DNA from: Ruditapes philippinarum
Taxonomy: Eukaryota
Direction: 5' to 3'
Assembly (NCBI RefSeq): GCF_026571515.1
Contig: NW_026859045.1
Location: 248,001 to 312,000 of the forward strand
Length of the DNA: 64,000 nt
Below are positions 25,572-39,289 of this stretch, piece after piece; the first letter of the stretch is position 1, and each line of letters opens with the position of its first letter. Position numbers and translations under genes: made by a program. The notes beneath the pieces are model-generated. The model made no database searches. It saw only the letters and a program-made list of their open reading frames with translations, and was not told where the DNA came from.

Positions 25572-25852
25572 TGTACAGCTGTCAATGAATATTTTACCGT
25601 CAAACATTTCCTTCTTGAATGCCATGATCTTGCACGTTTTCGTGACAGATTGTATCGTGTCAATTCACTTAGAGAACCTTCTGCATCATTTTCATATACA
25701 CCCTGATCGATTGCTTAAATGAAGTAAACTTGTATTCTAAGATGTCGGTATTCACTTGTACCCAATCTATCTTGACCTACTTATCTTAGTGTTAGGTGCA
25801 GTTTGACCAGTAATGTGTTAGTGTCACCGTTAAACCCAAACAAACAAACAAA
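25572..25852 (+). mobile_element. 5'-truncated I-group (I/Nimb-like) LINE: ORF2 C-terminal zinc knuckle, 3' UTR and (CAAA)n tail
   Basis: Translates CTAVNEYFTVKHFLLECHDLARFRDRLYRVNSLRE, then after a frameshift LIDCLNEVNLYSKM, which fits the Cx2Cx6-7Hx4C-type knuckle with one Cys lost. It ends tgtgttagtgtcaccgttaaacccaaacaaacaaac. Confidence 0.8.
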
Positions 25853-26499
25853 TACAAATAAATACAAATAAACATTTTTTACCTTAGAATTTTATTAAGG
25901 ACAGTCGATAAGTGTACACCATTTATTATGATAATGATTTTGTAAACCCCGTGAGAAATGAGAAAACAGCGACCTGAATTATGTCTGGTGGTAAAAAAGC
26001 GCCACGACTGTTGTTTTCTCGTTATGTTATTGACATATTAACTGTCTATATCTTGATATATGTCCCACTCTCAGACAATACCAATAACACACACTGAAAG
26101 ATTATCCTGTTAGATTGAAATAGACGACGTACATATTCTTTAAAGTAGTGCGCGCAGTAATATTATAATAAAAGTAGTCCTAGTAGACGCTTTCATACGC
26201 GAGAGGTTTTATATAATATTATAACATTTAGTTAAAATAAGGAAAAGAGATATGTCGTTAGTGTTGTTTTAACCTCAAAGCACCATGGCCATCCGTTGTA
26301 TAAACAACATATAAGAACTAAATGAAATAAAAATGTAACGAAAGAAACGTATGGTTTGAAAAGCATGTAATGTTTTGTCGTTTAAAAAGTCACCAATGTT
26401 AGTAAGCATTAAGTATGGCTAACCAATAAAAAAATAATTATCAAACACGTATTAAGCGCCAAAATTGTAAAGTTGACTATTTTGTACGTTTTATTTTTG

Positions 26500-28280
26500 C
26501 TGTCATAAGTACAGTTTTATAGTAATTATGAAATATATCTATCAAATTATGATTTAACATTTAGATATGTATCTTCTCAAGTATTTCTAGAAAAGATGGA
26601 CAGTATTTTAAATAATTCTACAATATTATTTTTACAATATGAGGGTCTGGTTGATTTAACATTATTTCTTTGACAAATGCTAAATATGTAATGACTTAAG
26701 TGTTCCTACTATTCAACAGTGTTTAAAGAGCCTTATCACTCAATATATACTATCAAGAAAATCAAGACATTTTATAAGAAAATATGCTTGTTCATTATTA
26801 CAACAAATATTAATAACGATTACTGCAAACCACCACATATATTATTTAAAATTATAAAGAAGACTGAAATGTCAATTATTTTTTATAAAAACATGCCATG
26901 ATGTGATGTGTATAATACACAGTGAAAAAAAATCAATCCAGTTATTTGCAGTATACGGCGGCGATGATTAATTCGATGAGTTCGCTTATCAAATTACATG
27001 TCAAGTTATGCGTATTCATATGCAATTCAATTCAAATTATTACAAAAAAATGTAAAACATTTCTAGACAAATTGCAAAAGCCGCACACTTTATAATCTCA
27101 GAAAAAAAATTCGTCTCATGTGAAGTAGATAAAAGTGAAAACATTGTTTGCTTTTCTTTCGCCGCCAGATTGTCGAATATAAAAGTCTGTTTACTAGCTC
27201 AATTGAATTGTGATTAATTTCCGGCCGTGTTGAATTGCTTATATTGCGTCTTTAAGGCAATGCAAGAGGCCACGTGATTTGGGCGGATTTCTACGGATAC
27301 GAACTATCTAAGAAATATGAATGGAAAAGAAATTTCTGTATTTTACAAGCAAGAATACAGCTTATTGCAAGACAAATATTACTGTTACAGCATTCTTTTT
27401 ATTACGTGTATAATGAATCATTGGGACAAAATAGCATGCATTAAAAGAATCGTTATGCGTCAAACTGGTAAGATATCAACACTCTTCTATGAATGGAAAA
27501 CTTGCAAGATGCATTGAAGACCGTTTTAAAAGATTCGTTTGTGGTACATGTATGTCAAAGACATAAGATTTGTTTTAAGGAAAGTAAAAGATATAATCTC
27601 ACACCAATAAATGTCATATAAAAATATGTCTTTCATATTGTTTCATTTAGTTTATATTTCAATTTCATTGAAACGTGTGTAACTTTAATTCTTTATATAC
27701 ATAATTAGCACATATATGCACTTATTGTTTGATTTACAAATTTATCAAAGATATTGGTATAGTTAATAAGCTGCACACTTTTATATTTTACCTAAGATTT
27801 CAGCATGCTCTTCTTTTAAGAATTATTACTCTGTAATGTCTTTTTAAAGTTCTTGTTTACGATCAGGATAAAGACAATAACATTCTTATATAGATACATA
27901 ATTTGTATGACTAGATGCAAAACTAATTCTAAGGCTTATGCAAGCAATATCTTTTTGCGAAGCAAGCAGTTTTGATTCCTGAAATTTAATCAGACATTAA
28001 CAAGTTTCATCTCATAACAAATGTAGTAAGACCGAATGGATTCAAAACAATTAGAAATTACGTTATTATACAGACAAATAGATTTTCAATGTATTTGCAT
28101 ATGCACGAATTCGAAATTGCTGAAAGTATACAATTATCTCTCAATCAAATTGTACGTTTTTTAACAATTTGTTTTCCAATTTTCCAATGTCATAAGGATA
28201 CTGTAGATCACTTTATGGTATAAGAAAGGGCTAATGCAATGTTATGAAATTCTAAGTTGTAAATAATTGTCCTTTGAATT
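26500..28280. repeat. Module X long copy 4; paralog at ~33560-35345 (offset ~7.05 kb)
   Basis: Colinear anchors: aca(t/c)tagatatgt (26558/33629), gcaattcaatt...tgaagtagat...cgccagattgtcgaata (27022-27180/34077-34230), and aagaccg..tggattcaaaa.aatta (28028/35096). Confidence 0.9.
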
Positions 28281-29879
28281 CCATTATAATAGTAAATTTT
28301 AAGTTCAAAATAGGACGAACACATTATTAATATAAAAGTTACCAACCAAAAAAAACAACAACCACATATTACATGTACATCATTTGTTTTATTCGCATTA
28401 AGGCAAGAACAAATAGTTCATTAGATTATATAGATTTAACGATTTTTTAAACCGTATTGTATTCTGTTCTGTTAGCGCCAATGAAACATCGACTTTTATT
28501 TCATAATAATCTAGCTGTTTGTTTGACCAGACAGATAAGATACCTAAGCTGAAACACTATTTAGCTATTCTAACAAGAGAAGCACGGTAATTATAAAGAT
28601 GGCAATGACCTAAGAATTATGAATTGATCAGGGAAATTAATTGTCATGACTTGAATTCAATTTATCTAGTTTATAACATAATGTATCCTTACTTGTACTT
28701 GACGAACTTCTAGAAAGAAGACAGATTTGAAGAAGTGATTTTGTTTTTGTTATTTTCTTATCTTCTTGTCCCAAAGTAGGTCGATTTTGTCTGGTCTTAA
28801 CCTTTTATGTCAAATTGTATGCACTTCGTAACTATAAAATTAGGCAAATAACATAATTGCATGATTAAAGTCAATAATTGAAACTTCAATCCAAAATATT
28901 GATATACAAAATCAAAAGTGAATAAATTATTAACACGTATTCGGCATGACTAAATAACAATCTTTGTATATCCTTCTTGCGATAGGTCAATAAATGTAGA
29001 TCACTTTCACTATCTCATTTGCGGAAAAAATCATTTCATATAACAAACAATGCCAATGCAACTTTAAGATTTATATCGACAATATTTGCACATTCTTTCT
29101 GAAAATACACATAAATGTCGCAGATGAAATTAAAAACTGCGGAAAGTATCCCTTTTGAAATTATATTTGCTGCTAGCAAAAAACTGAACGGAACAAACGT
29201 AAAAAAAAAATAAAGAAAATAACATTTTTAAATGGAAAAATAGTAATAACTGGGTTTAGACACCTCAATGTTAGTGGCTTTTTGTTTTTGTTGTTGTTGC
29301 TTTTGTTTGTGTTTTTTTTTTGTAAAAAGAGTACAAATAAAGAAATTTCAAGTGATAAAAGAAAACAAATATGAACAAAGCTTTTTTTTTGATTTCCATA
29401 CAATCTTCTAAACTAAATCACCTAACAACTTTTGTAAGTGCCAAAAACAACAAAAGGAATGATAAGTCAGATAATTGGACAATGAGTTACTTTTTAGGGA
29501 ATCTTTCTGGAAACCAAAAATGAAAGAGGTTTTAGGAAATAAAAATACAAGCCTAATAGGCTTAATAAATATTTTTGTAACTTTAAGTATAAAATGCAAT
29601 ATACATGTAATGATGTTATTATACATTGTTGAGTGCAATAATGAACTCTATTGGAGTACACAGCAGTCAAACCTATATATAGTAATGTGTCTGACAGAAA
29701 TACATTAGTCTTTAATTAGCAATTTGTCAACAACAAAAATAATTTAAAAGAATACTTTAAGATGTATTTTTGCCCTCTCAATCCATTGCCCAGATATTTA
29801 AATTTCCGAGTCATTTCTGTAACAAAAAAAAAAGAAATACAATCCTTTTTAACTATCTTTTCATTATACTTTAACAAAC

Positions 29880-30432
29880 ACATTAAATGGCTTATTTTAC
29901 TAGCCAGACAAATTTTGTGAAAAAGTTATACAAAATATCTTACCAGGATACTCTACAGAGTCCTTGAAATGTAACAAGCAACATCGAATATTGGGCTGTC
30001 ACAGTCTGTCTTTGTTACTAGTCATAATGACATATTAATGGATACGTGTTGATACCTTCCTTGTTTACAGACACTTTGTCGTTGTTGATTCAGTAACAAT
30101 ATATCAAACAAGAAATGTGCCTAGTTTTAAGAATCTATCGATGGCACAACTGTCATGACTAAGATTATATGTTTTGCGTCTACCAAAAGACAACGTTAAC
30201 TTTCCCAACGGCACACTAAACATATTTGCAAGACTGCTGTCTAAGTAGGAAGGTTAGATATACCTACCATGATTATATTTTTGCATTTATTTAAATCGAT
30301 TGTACTTGTCAAAAAAATTAGTCCGTAAGGATTTTGAAAAAAAAATCATTGTGTCAATGACAATGCTCCAGTGAGATCAATAGAAACACATTTATTTAAG
30401 ACTACGTTTACACACATTATACAGTATTATCA
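29880..30432. repeat. Module Y, copy A (paralogs at ~41935-42440 and ~48590-49035)
   Basis: agtca.a.tgac.tattaatgga...ttgat...cttgtt(t/c)acagaca...attcagtaa...aactgtcatgac is shared by all three copies. Confidence 0.9.
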
Positions 30433-31253
30433 TTTTTATTTGGTTGGACTGTACGTCGCACCTACACAGTACAGCTCATATGGCGACTGTCTACCATTAC
30501 TGGTCTAGGATGACCTCATTTGCCCCTTTGTGCATGGCTTCAGGCTCAAACGGGCACGACCAGTTAAGACCAGTTTACTATCACCAGTGACCTCTGGTCG
30601 CGGACAATCTTTAAAACGTCTTACGACGATCATCGATGATCTTTGACAGTCGCAGGTTATCTTATTTAGGTCCCACGACCAATTTCAGTCGTAGAGAGGT
30701 TTTTGGGCTTGCACAAAAACCTCCTTGCGATCAAAAATATCTCTAGTGATCTTATAAGGTCTTAAGGCTGTCGCACGATGGTCGTTCGGAAGTGCGACAA
30801 TCTTACGACAGTCTTAACAAATTTCCACTAGTCACTGATAATCTTAAGTAGTCTTTAGTAATCGTGTGATGGTCTTACAACAAGTTGTAGGTGATCGCAT
30901 GTTTTGTCACGGGTAGTCGTAAGTAATCCAAGGCAATCTTGAGACCATTGTACGCTTACTAATGACCTGTCGTGCGATTGTCAATGATGACTTGTCTACG
31001 ATACTAGCAAAAGTAAATTTATTTGTGCAAAAATGGTTTTAGTCGCAGACAATCGCTGATGATCGTCAGTTTTACAAGTCGCCGGTGGTCGCAAGTAATT
31101 GTAAGCTCTAGTGTGACTGGGGTTTAAATGAACCATCGACTTCTCGTCTAATATCATGAAATTATCTAAAGACGTTGGCGCGTCTTGAGCGTACATTGGT
31201 GAGAGGCAAGGGGCTTGGAGTCAACGGTCTTAACCACTCGGCCAAGGACGCCC
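30433..31253 (-). mobile_element. Meta-type tRNA-SINE split by a nested insertion
   Basis: Minus-strand head gggcgtccttggccgagtggttaagaccgttgactccaagcc at 31253-31210. Body and tail at 30433-30560 match the intact SINE at 42649-42921. Confidence 0.85.
30568..31123. mobile_element. Non-autonomous DNA transposon (PIF/Harbinger-like) nested in the SINE
   Basis: ttaa on both sides (30564-30567, 31124-31127). Right end tagtgtgactggggt versus a decayed left end gaccagtttacta. Many cttacgac/gtcg(t/c)aag internal motifs. Confidence 0.65.
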
Positions 31254-31292
31254 AATATAAGCTGTTTCAATGGTCTTTCGGTAATGAGAATA

Positions 31293-31613
31293 CCCTTTCA
31301 CTGCCATAGGGACGGCTTAAGCCCTGTTATTTTCGGCGTATTTGCCACATGGACGGCTTAAGACGTTTCTATAATAATAATAGTAATAATAATAAATAAA
31401 TAAAAATAATAATAAAAATAATAATAAATATAAAGAAAATTATACCATCGACAATAATTATTATAATAATAACATATTTAGAAACATATATAATTATTAT
31501 AATACTAATAGTAAATAATAATAATTATATTAATTAATAATATAGTAATTTCTTAGAAAATCCTCTGGCAAATAGGTTAACAATAAAACAATAACCCTCT
31601 GGCAGCGAAAGGG
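31293..31613. mobile_element. piggyBac-like MITE with a (TAA)n-rich interior
   Basis: TIRs ccctttcactgcca / tggcagcgaaaggg, followed by TTAA on the right; the left TTAA has decayed to aata. A duplicated right end cctctggcaaataggttaa lies at 31562-31580. Confidence 0.8.
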
Positions 31614-31949
31614 TTAACACTGTTTTGAATTTCTAGCTACCGAGGAGTAAAATACGATTTACATGAGAGTATTAGCAGTCAATTTAATAGCCCCTTTACA
31701 TTATCCTATTTATATAGATGTAATGTTTATTAATGAACAATAAAGCCGCGTATCCTTTAAATTCAAGATATCTATTTCTATTTCTGTATTTAGTTAATTA
31801 ACAGAAACCGACTTCTAAAAAGTATTTTAAATTGTGATTCAAACATATAACTATGTATACAGTACATAAAAGAACGTAAAGCTATGGCGCAACACGTAAT
31901 AAAATTTAATTATGTGTATTATCACATAAACCGCAGCATAGGAGTGTAA

Positions 31950-32291
31950 TAAAGCCATTTAATAAAAACTATATTACACTAGACGATATTACACTAGTGT
32001 AATAACACTTTGACGTCACGTCATTTGCGCTATAAACATAGCGTTAAAGCGCGCTAATGTTAGCGTTACACTTTAGGTGCGTCAAAGAAAAATGACTCTT
32101 GATAACAGTTTACCGTTCTTATTTTATATATGTGATAAAAAGAATATCATATTCGTGTAGATTCAATACTAAATTTATTGAACTCGTTGAATACAATAAT
32201 ATTATGCTCGCCAGAGGCTCGCATAATATGATTTTATTCAACTCGTTCAATAAATTTAGTATTAAACCTACACTCATTCAATATCCTCTAT
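31950..32291. mobile_element. Non-autonomous element with ~100 bp terminal hairpin (Crypton-like appearance)
   Basis: Fold-back aatactaaatttattgaac..ttgaata...attatgc / gcataat...tattcaac..gttcaataaatttagtatt at 32165-32263. Paralog at 3170-3610. Confidence 0.7.
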
Positions 32292-32826
32292 ATGACCATA
32301 CAATTGTATTATGAAAATTGTGCGTCAGTCCTGCAGGACTGTTATGTATTTACACGCGTTAACGATAGTATTCATACATTTTCGCTGTGTCAATTAACAA
32401 ATAGTGCACTGAGGCCGTACAAATATTTCCTGTTTTGTTACTCGGCTTATCAACTGACCGGCATTTTAAGACAGTATTCTGCAAATGAAGCATCCTTTAT
32501 ATTATGTCTCGCACGTTTCCGTCTAAGGTCAACTTCATTATATTGCTAATTAGGCATATTTACTTTTATTTCTTGTAAACTAATTCCCTTTAAATGATAT
32601 CTGGCAGTAATGTCGGGACGTTATCCCGACACATAATTAGTAATTTCCCGTAGATTTCATTATAATTAATACTTCTGTTTACAGCATGCATGCACTTTAC
32701 TTGTATTATTGTGACCTTACATTTCTTTCGACACGTATGTTACTGTAATATACTCTGTTCGCTTAATATACATTTGTTAGATGAATTATTGTTATTTGAT
32801 AGTTTCAATGAGTTTGGCAATGTAAA

Positions 32827-33037
32827 ATAGAGAAAATAAGAATCGCTAAAGAAAGCCCAACACAGCAAAATTTAAAATGTTGCAGGCTCGGTTTGATTGA
32901 GCCTGTTCTATTAATAAGCTTAATTCCTTAAACTGACATGCAATTTTATCAATTTTTGAAGAGTTCAGTATAATTTGTAGGGAAATCAAGATGAAAATTC
33001 CAAAATCATTTGATACGGCAGGTTTGGCTGGCTCTAT
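32827..33037 (+). mobile_element. Short copy of a repeat family also at 38240-38565(+), 39290-39470(-) and 39780-40113(-)
   Basis: atagagaaaataagaatcgctaaagaaagcccaacac...caggctcggtttgattgagcctg is the reverse complement of 39390-39471. Short inverted ends atagag/ctctat. Confidence 0.75.
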
Positions 33038-33559
33038 ATTATTTTTATATTTTTGTCGAGTGCTAATATTTCGGCCCAAGAAGAAGATAAATTGTAACAT
33101 TTTTTATGCCTGTAACGCACTTTCAATAGATTATCTTTTTAACAACACTGTTTGGATTTTAAGGGGAAAATACTTTCAAGACATTTCTAGCGGAAAACAG
33201 CTACACATGTAAATGGATTTATTCTTGTCTAAAATAAAATGCCGTCGGCTAATTTGTTCATCAATTTCCTGTAATTACGTTCTGCAAATTGGTTCTGAAA
33301 ACATGTTTCTTATTTTCATTTGTCTAAAAACAACATACACAGAGGAAGTTAACTGTTATCTGTATCTCCATTTCAAGAAGTATTTTGTTATTTGTAAGAA
33401 GGATTAAGCTAATGCGTAAATTTATTTCCTTTGACACGAACCAAAATTATAAATTTTATCAACATAAGGGTAAAACATAGGAAAAGAAATCTAGTTTATA
33501 TTTATTTGCATTCTACATTTTCAATAAAGTTAATTCCATTGAAATGATTGATAAATGTT

Positions 33560-35345
33560 TTCCTATAGGAATTGTAAATGCTGTCTTAATTGATGCTTTA
33601 TAGACAATGAAGACTCAAATGAATATTTACATCTAGATATGTGCCATCACATTTTAAGTCAACATGGTCAAAAGTGTTATATATGCAATGTTATTCAATC
33701 GAGTTTTATGCTTGACGACTCTGGTAAATTTTGACGTCATTTACATTTACAAGTGATTATAGTGATATTACATGGCTATTTCTATTATATTACTGCGTTT
33801 TATCACACAAATATACATTCAATCATTCAAAATATTTTTTAAACCAAAACATGGATGACCATAATAAAACATAATTATATAAATGATAATTCCATATAAA
33901 TTTTTCATGTTTTGAATGATAATATAAACACAAATGTAATACCAATATAATTTTATTCATATTGTGAAGTGCATAAAATTATAAACTTATTATTACAAAT
34001 ATTAACAAAAAAAATGTAATAACAATTCGACAATTTCGTTTGTTTATTTTTATGTCCATTCATAGATATTCGCAAGCAATTCAATTAAGATCTTTACAAA
34101 ATGAAAAACATTTCCAGACAGATTGCAAATGCAACTCATTTTATAATCACAGAAAGATAATTTCTCCCGAATGAAGTAGATGAAAGTTAAAGCATTGTTT
34201 GCTTTCTTTTTGTCGCCAGATTGTCGAATACAAAGTTATGTTTACAAGCACAATTGAAATGTGATTAATTTTCGGCGTGCTGTATTGCTTGTATTGCAAA
34301 GCAACAAGCCACGTGAATGAGACAAGATTTATTTAAACATAAAAAAGAGGAAAAGAAATTTAAATTTCATATACGTCAATCAGGAACATATTATTGTTTT
34401 AGCGTTTTATTTACAACGTAAAACGTAGTTTAAAGAGAGAATGAATTAACAGAATGGTTAAATGTTAATCGGTTAAGGCACCAACACTTTTCTTCTACTG
34501 AATAAAAACCTTTCAAAAATAAATTGCAATGTTTATCGAAATCACCTTTGGCAGAATAGTTTCAGGTATGTTAAAGGTATAAAATTAACGGTTCAACATT
34601 ATATTATAATAAAACAAATATAACATTATAAAAATAATAATCATATTTGGTCTTTTGTTTATGTTTCTTTTATTTCTCTGTCTTACTTACAAGCGTATAA
34701 TTTAGAATTACATGTAGCACATGCTTAAAAGAAACTTTCATACAATTTATACATATCTTATTTTTCCATTTTCAAATTGTCTTTTATTCAAATTATTAGA
34801 ATTAAAATGCTATGCAGTTCAGTATATTTGATGTTCTTCATACTTAAGTTTTTAACATGCTAGAGCTGGCTCAGTATTGTCCCTTAGATTAAAAGTGTTT
34901 TATTATCAGGAGTAGGGCAAAATCATCTATATATATAGATACTGAATTTGTGTCCGTAATAAGATGAAAACCTTATTCTTAGACTATTCCAGTCCCTTTA
35001 ATCCTATCGTATTCCCAGTGCTTGCGATTTAAGCAATTTGCCATTTATGAAATGTATTCAGTCAAAGAAAAGTATCGTTACTTAATGATATTACGAAGAC
35101 CGTGTGGATTCAAAATAATTAAGAATTACATTATTATATAGCCAAAGAGATTTACGAACTATTTAGGTATGCATAAATTCAAATATTTACAAAGTATAGA
35201 ATTATATCTAATTAAAAGCATACGTTTTTTTAACATATGAATTCTACATTTTCCAATTGTATACAAGTATTTTTCTCTACACGTCATTAGAAGGGTCTTA
35301 TTATCAATGCTAGAAAATTGTAAGTTTTAAGTAATTGTTCATAGT
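33560..35345. repeat. Module X long copy 5
   Basis: Colinear with 26500-28280. Motif caattgaaatgtgattaattttcggc at 34251-34276. Confidence 0.9.
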
Positions 35346-35489
35346 ATTTCTATAAATCATCTCAATGACATAGATATTAGCTTTTCATTTACTTTTAAAC
35401 ATCTACTTGAAAAAAATATAAAAAATGTTGTTTAGAATGACATCTTAATGTTGGATAACCTTTATTGATTCCAGTTTTATTTGAGGCAT

Positions 35490-37620
35490 TGTAACACCGC
35501 AAAACGTCCGTACCGCAAAACGTTCGCGTGTGAACGTTTTGCGTCGCATATCGTACACATGTGGACGTTTTGCGGTGCATATCGTACTTGGTACGTTTTG
35601 CGGCGAGAGTGTGTATTTGCGCCGCATATTGTCCACAATTTCTGTAGTAAAATATATTCACGAATACTTCAAGGACATTTATTCATCTTGAATTATAATT
35701 CTATTAGAGGTATTGCATTGAAATTGAATAAATGTAGATTACGACTTAATGTAAGACAGTACATCTTTGATCGACAAATTATCACCAAACGAAACTGTTG
35801 CAACAGCTTCAACATTTTTGGACAGACACTTGAATGAAGTTATGGGGTTTCCATGACTCGGTTGCTTAATCCTTAGGCCATGCAGTGATGGTTTGGCAAC
35901 ATATATAACAAGTAAAATATAATTACTAAACTGCATCCGCTTTGCCGCTCTATATTTCTTTCTTTCTTATACATGAAAATCTTTTCCATCAACGCCGTTT
36001 ATCTTTTTTAAAGATATTTCTTGTAACTTGCTGTATTAACATATTGTCATGTGGTATGGTCTCCCTGGTTATGCTAAATTACGATGAGGAAGGTTTTCGG
36101 CGTGATAGAATCGTTAAAGGGTTAGATACCGTTATATACGGTTCTGTGGGTTGAGTCCCGTTATGGTTTCCTACAGAATAGTGTATCCCCGTATCGGGTC
36201 AGTAACTAACCCTGTAACTTTTAAAATATTTTCTCAAAGATGAGATTGTAATTTTTGAACATCATCAATATGTGGAAAAAAATAACGATAGTGCTTATTT
36301 CTGCTTGACGCAAATATTTTGAACTACAAATCTAGTAAATGCAAGTTTGAAATTGTCATAAAATATATCTTTGAAAAATGATTTGATCTATAGGTAAGCC
36401 GGAAAGTCCGTCCCTTTACTAAAACCGTATTATTTTATCGCCTAAAGAACAAAACGTTTTGCCTACAAGTTACATAGATAATATGTAATAGAGTATATTA
36501 TAACAAACATTCTTCCGCATAGGAAATGATGAAAAAGAAGTTCAATGTGTTCTATTGATAAAAAATAAAGCATATTTTAAAATATCGTAATGTAAGCGTT
36601 TTGTTTGAATGCCATAATGTAATTTTATAATTGAACAATGTAATTTTATAATTGAACAAAGCAAAAAGGTCATGGTCGCCTTATATCGCCCACCTGCCTA
36701 TAAAGGCCCCACATGACAAGGGTAGATAGCATTGAATATTACAAATAAAAAGCAATTACATTTCATGTACTTGGTCAGAATCTGGGTAATGGATATCAGT
36801 ACTCAATTCTACGTATGAAATGGTCATCAATATCCAAATATCTGTAAATGACAAAGATATGGTAATTTAAGCAAAATTCAAAAGTGACCTTGAGAACTAG
36901 GTCATTTCAAGGTCAATATTATAGCTGAACTATTCAAGATGTCCGTCTTGTCATAAATGTATGAATGACATCTGATCATTGATAAGAAAGAAATGGCAGT
37001 TTTATCACAATTCAATAATTTGACTTTAAAATATGTCTTTATTTTTATTATTCAAAGGCAAATTACTCTTGACATATTCAGTCGTTTTAGCTCATAAATG
37101 AACTTGATCGAGACCTTATTGTTATACATATTCTGTATAAAATACTTATAAAATAACAAGGTGATAATTAGTGCATTTTTGTAGTTGTTGTTTTTTTTTG
37201 GTTAGATTTAGCCTATATTCTAACTTTGTTGAGATTTTATGGTCATAGATATTCTGTTGAAAATTGTCAAGATTAAAGAAGAAATGAAAGCGTTGAAGTG
37301 GTAACAATGTGAAATATAACAGATATTGTAATTCAAGGACAGATAACTCTTGACATATTGCTTAGGGTATGTGGATGCTAGAGTGGTAACAAGCTAAATT
37401 TGGACGGACAGACAGACAGGCACATACTCAGGTGAGCTGAAATTAACACACAAACACTGGTCAAAATTAACGAAAATTATATAAACTTTAAAATATGGAC
37501 GTTATACGGCAGGACCATGCCTTTTTGCCGCAAAATGTACGTCAGAAAAATGTGGACGATATGCGCCGCAAAACGTCCATATACGTACGTTTTGCGGTAC
37601 GGACGTTTTGCGGTGTTACA
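35490..37620. mobile_element. 2131-bp non-autonomous DNA transposon with TGT...ACA ends and a 6-bp TSD (AGGCAT)
   Basis: Perfect 34-bp TIR tgtaacaccgcaaaacgtccgtaccgcaaaacgt plus subterminal cgcaaaacgt/acgttttgcg repeats. aggcat at 35484-35489 and 37621-37626. Confidence 0.93.
36655..37442. mobile_element. HINE / pearl(CvA)-like Helentron-associated element nested in the 35490-37620 transposon
   Basis: Subterminal inverted repeat gcccacctg (36688) / caggtgagc (37429). Tandem core units (ttcaa.g.ca.at.actcttgacatatt at 37051 and 37332), tgaccttga/aaggtca motifs and a GGAC/AGAC microsatellite near the end. Confidence 0.8.
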
Positions 37621-38239
37621 AGGCATAACTAAATCTCCAGAGCAATGTGTCAGACTTCCCTAAATATTATGATTTACAAACAATACTTGCACTAGCAATA
37701 GTAAGGCCAAAGAGTTGGTAAATCTTTATAAGATCATTTTTATACAACGTAATGTTAAATGATCAAATCTTTCAATTAATTGAAATGCTACTGATTTAAT
37801 TTTGATGACTGAGCAAACTATAAATAACAATGCAGATAAAAACGTTACATCTTTACTCGAATAATTGCTTCGATATTCCTACCTCACTTCACAGGCTATG
37901 AATATTATATATATTCAATCACATGATCATTTCTACCTTAAAAGGCAGAAAATTTGATTAATAATCCATCGATCGCAAATTCGATATTTCAGGACAAAAT
38001 ACCTCCAAGACTCCGACATTGAGATCACTGGTCAAATTACTCGCAATTCCGATACAGAAATTAAGTGGAATTATAAGTCTTTCAGGAGCGAAGAAATTGG
38101 AAATAACATGTTTATTACACACGAAAGTAGATCGTCTAGAAATGATCGCAAATGTGGTAAATTATGCATAAAAACAACATCAATAACAACAGAAATCATA
38201 AAACTCATTTTACAGGATTATACAAACTGTTGTTCTATC

Positions 38240-38565
38240 ATAAAAAAAGCGGAATTGCTAAAGAAAGTCTGAAACTAAAGAATTAAAAATGGTATAGGCA
38301 CAATTTGATTTTGCCTGTTCATAGGACTGGAAAGTGAAATTGACTGTCTACGCCCTATATGCACCGAATTTATCGGAATGCAACATTTAAACAATAAAAC
38401 ATGAAAATGGTGGCATTTTTAATTTAGAAACATCCGCAGATGTGTTCATACGGCGGTTATCATCGAACATTCCATGTGACACTTCCTGATATTCCATGAT
38501 ATGTGGCGCATGGTCCTTAAGTAAAATAATGCGTGTGCCATGAACGAGAAAACAATGCGCAACTC
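38240..38565 (+). mobile_element. Diverged forward copy of the 32827/39780 repeat family
   Basis: 38421-38563 is the reverse complement of 39781-39928 (gtgttcata(c/t)ggcggttatcat...atgtgacac...atgcgtgtgcc..aacgagaaaa). Confidence 0.75.
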
Positions 38566-39289
38566 TAAGATTCTCTTATTTGTTATGAATGTATAAAATA
38601 AGTATGCATGTATATTACGTTCTTTTACGGTCTGTTAAACATTGCTTTACATTTCATGATCTCTATTTTACGATTGTTTATTTTAACACATTAAATAAAT
38701 TTCAAATCTTAAATCAAAATCAAAAGGGATTACAAATGTATTATGGTAGGTTCAATATATATGATTTCCAAACGTCATGTGCTTATTGTGAATAAATAAA
38801 TAATCATCTTTGTTTTAATATCCTTTTTAAAAATCTAGCAATATGTACTAAAATTGCGGAAACACCAATCAATAAAACACCCATCGACAAAGAACCTTTT
38901 TATTAATGGGATAACAATTTGAAAGTGTGAATATTTACACATACTTCTGTCTGCCTCTACTAACATTGTATTTATTACTAATAACAACATTTATTCAAGT
39001 TAACATGAAATGTGTGTAATAAAGGAAATTTGACTTGACTTGACTTTAAGAAGATTGCTTGTAATTTTTAAAACAAATTGATGGAAAAGACGACATGAAC
39101 ATTACAGAAACTGACAAATTTGTCATTTTTGCAAAATGTTGATAGCTCACTTTTTTTAAGACGTAAATATTTGGATGAAAGTAATGTTGCCAATAAGGAT
39201 AAATAAAGAAACTTCACTCTGTATAAGGTACTTATAATTTACTTTTAGTGCTTAAAAATGTCTGAAAAATCGCTAACAAACTTTGGTCT

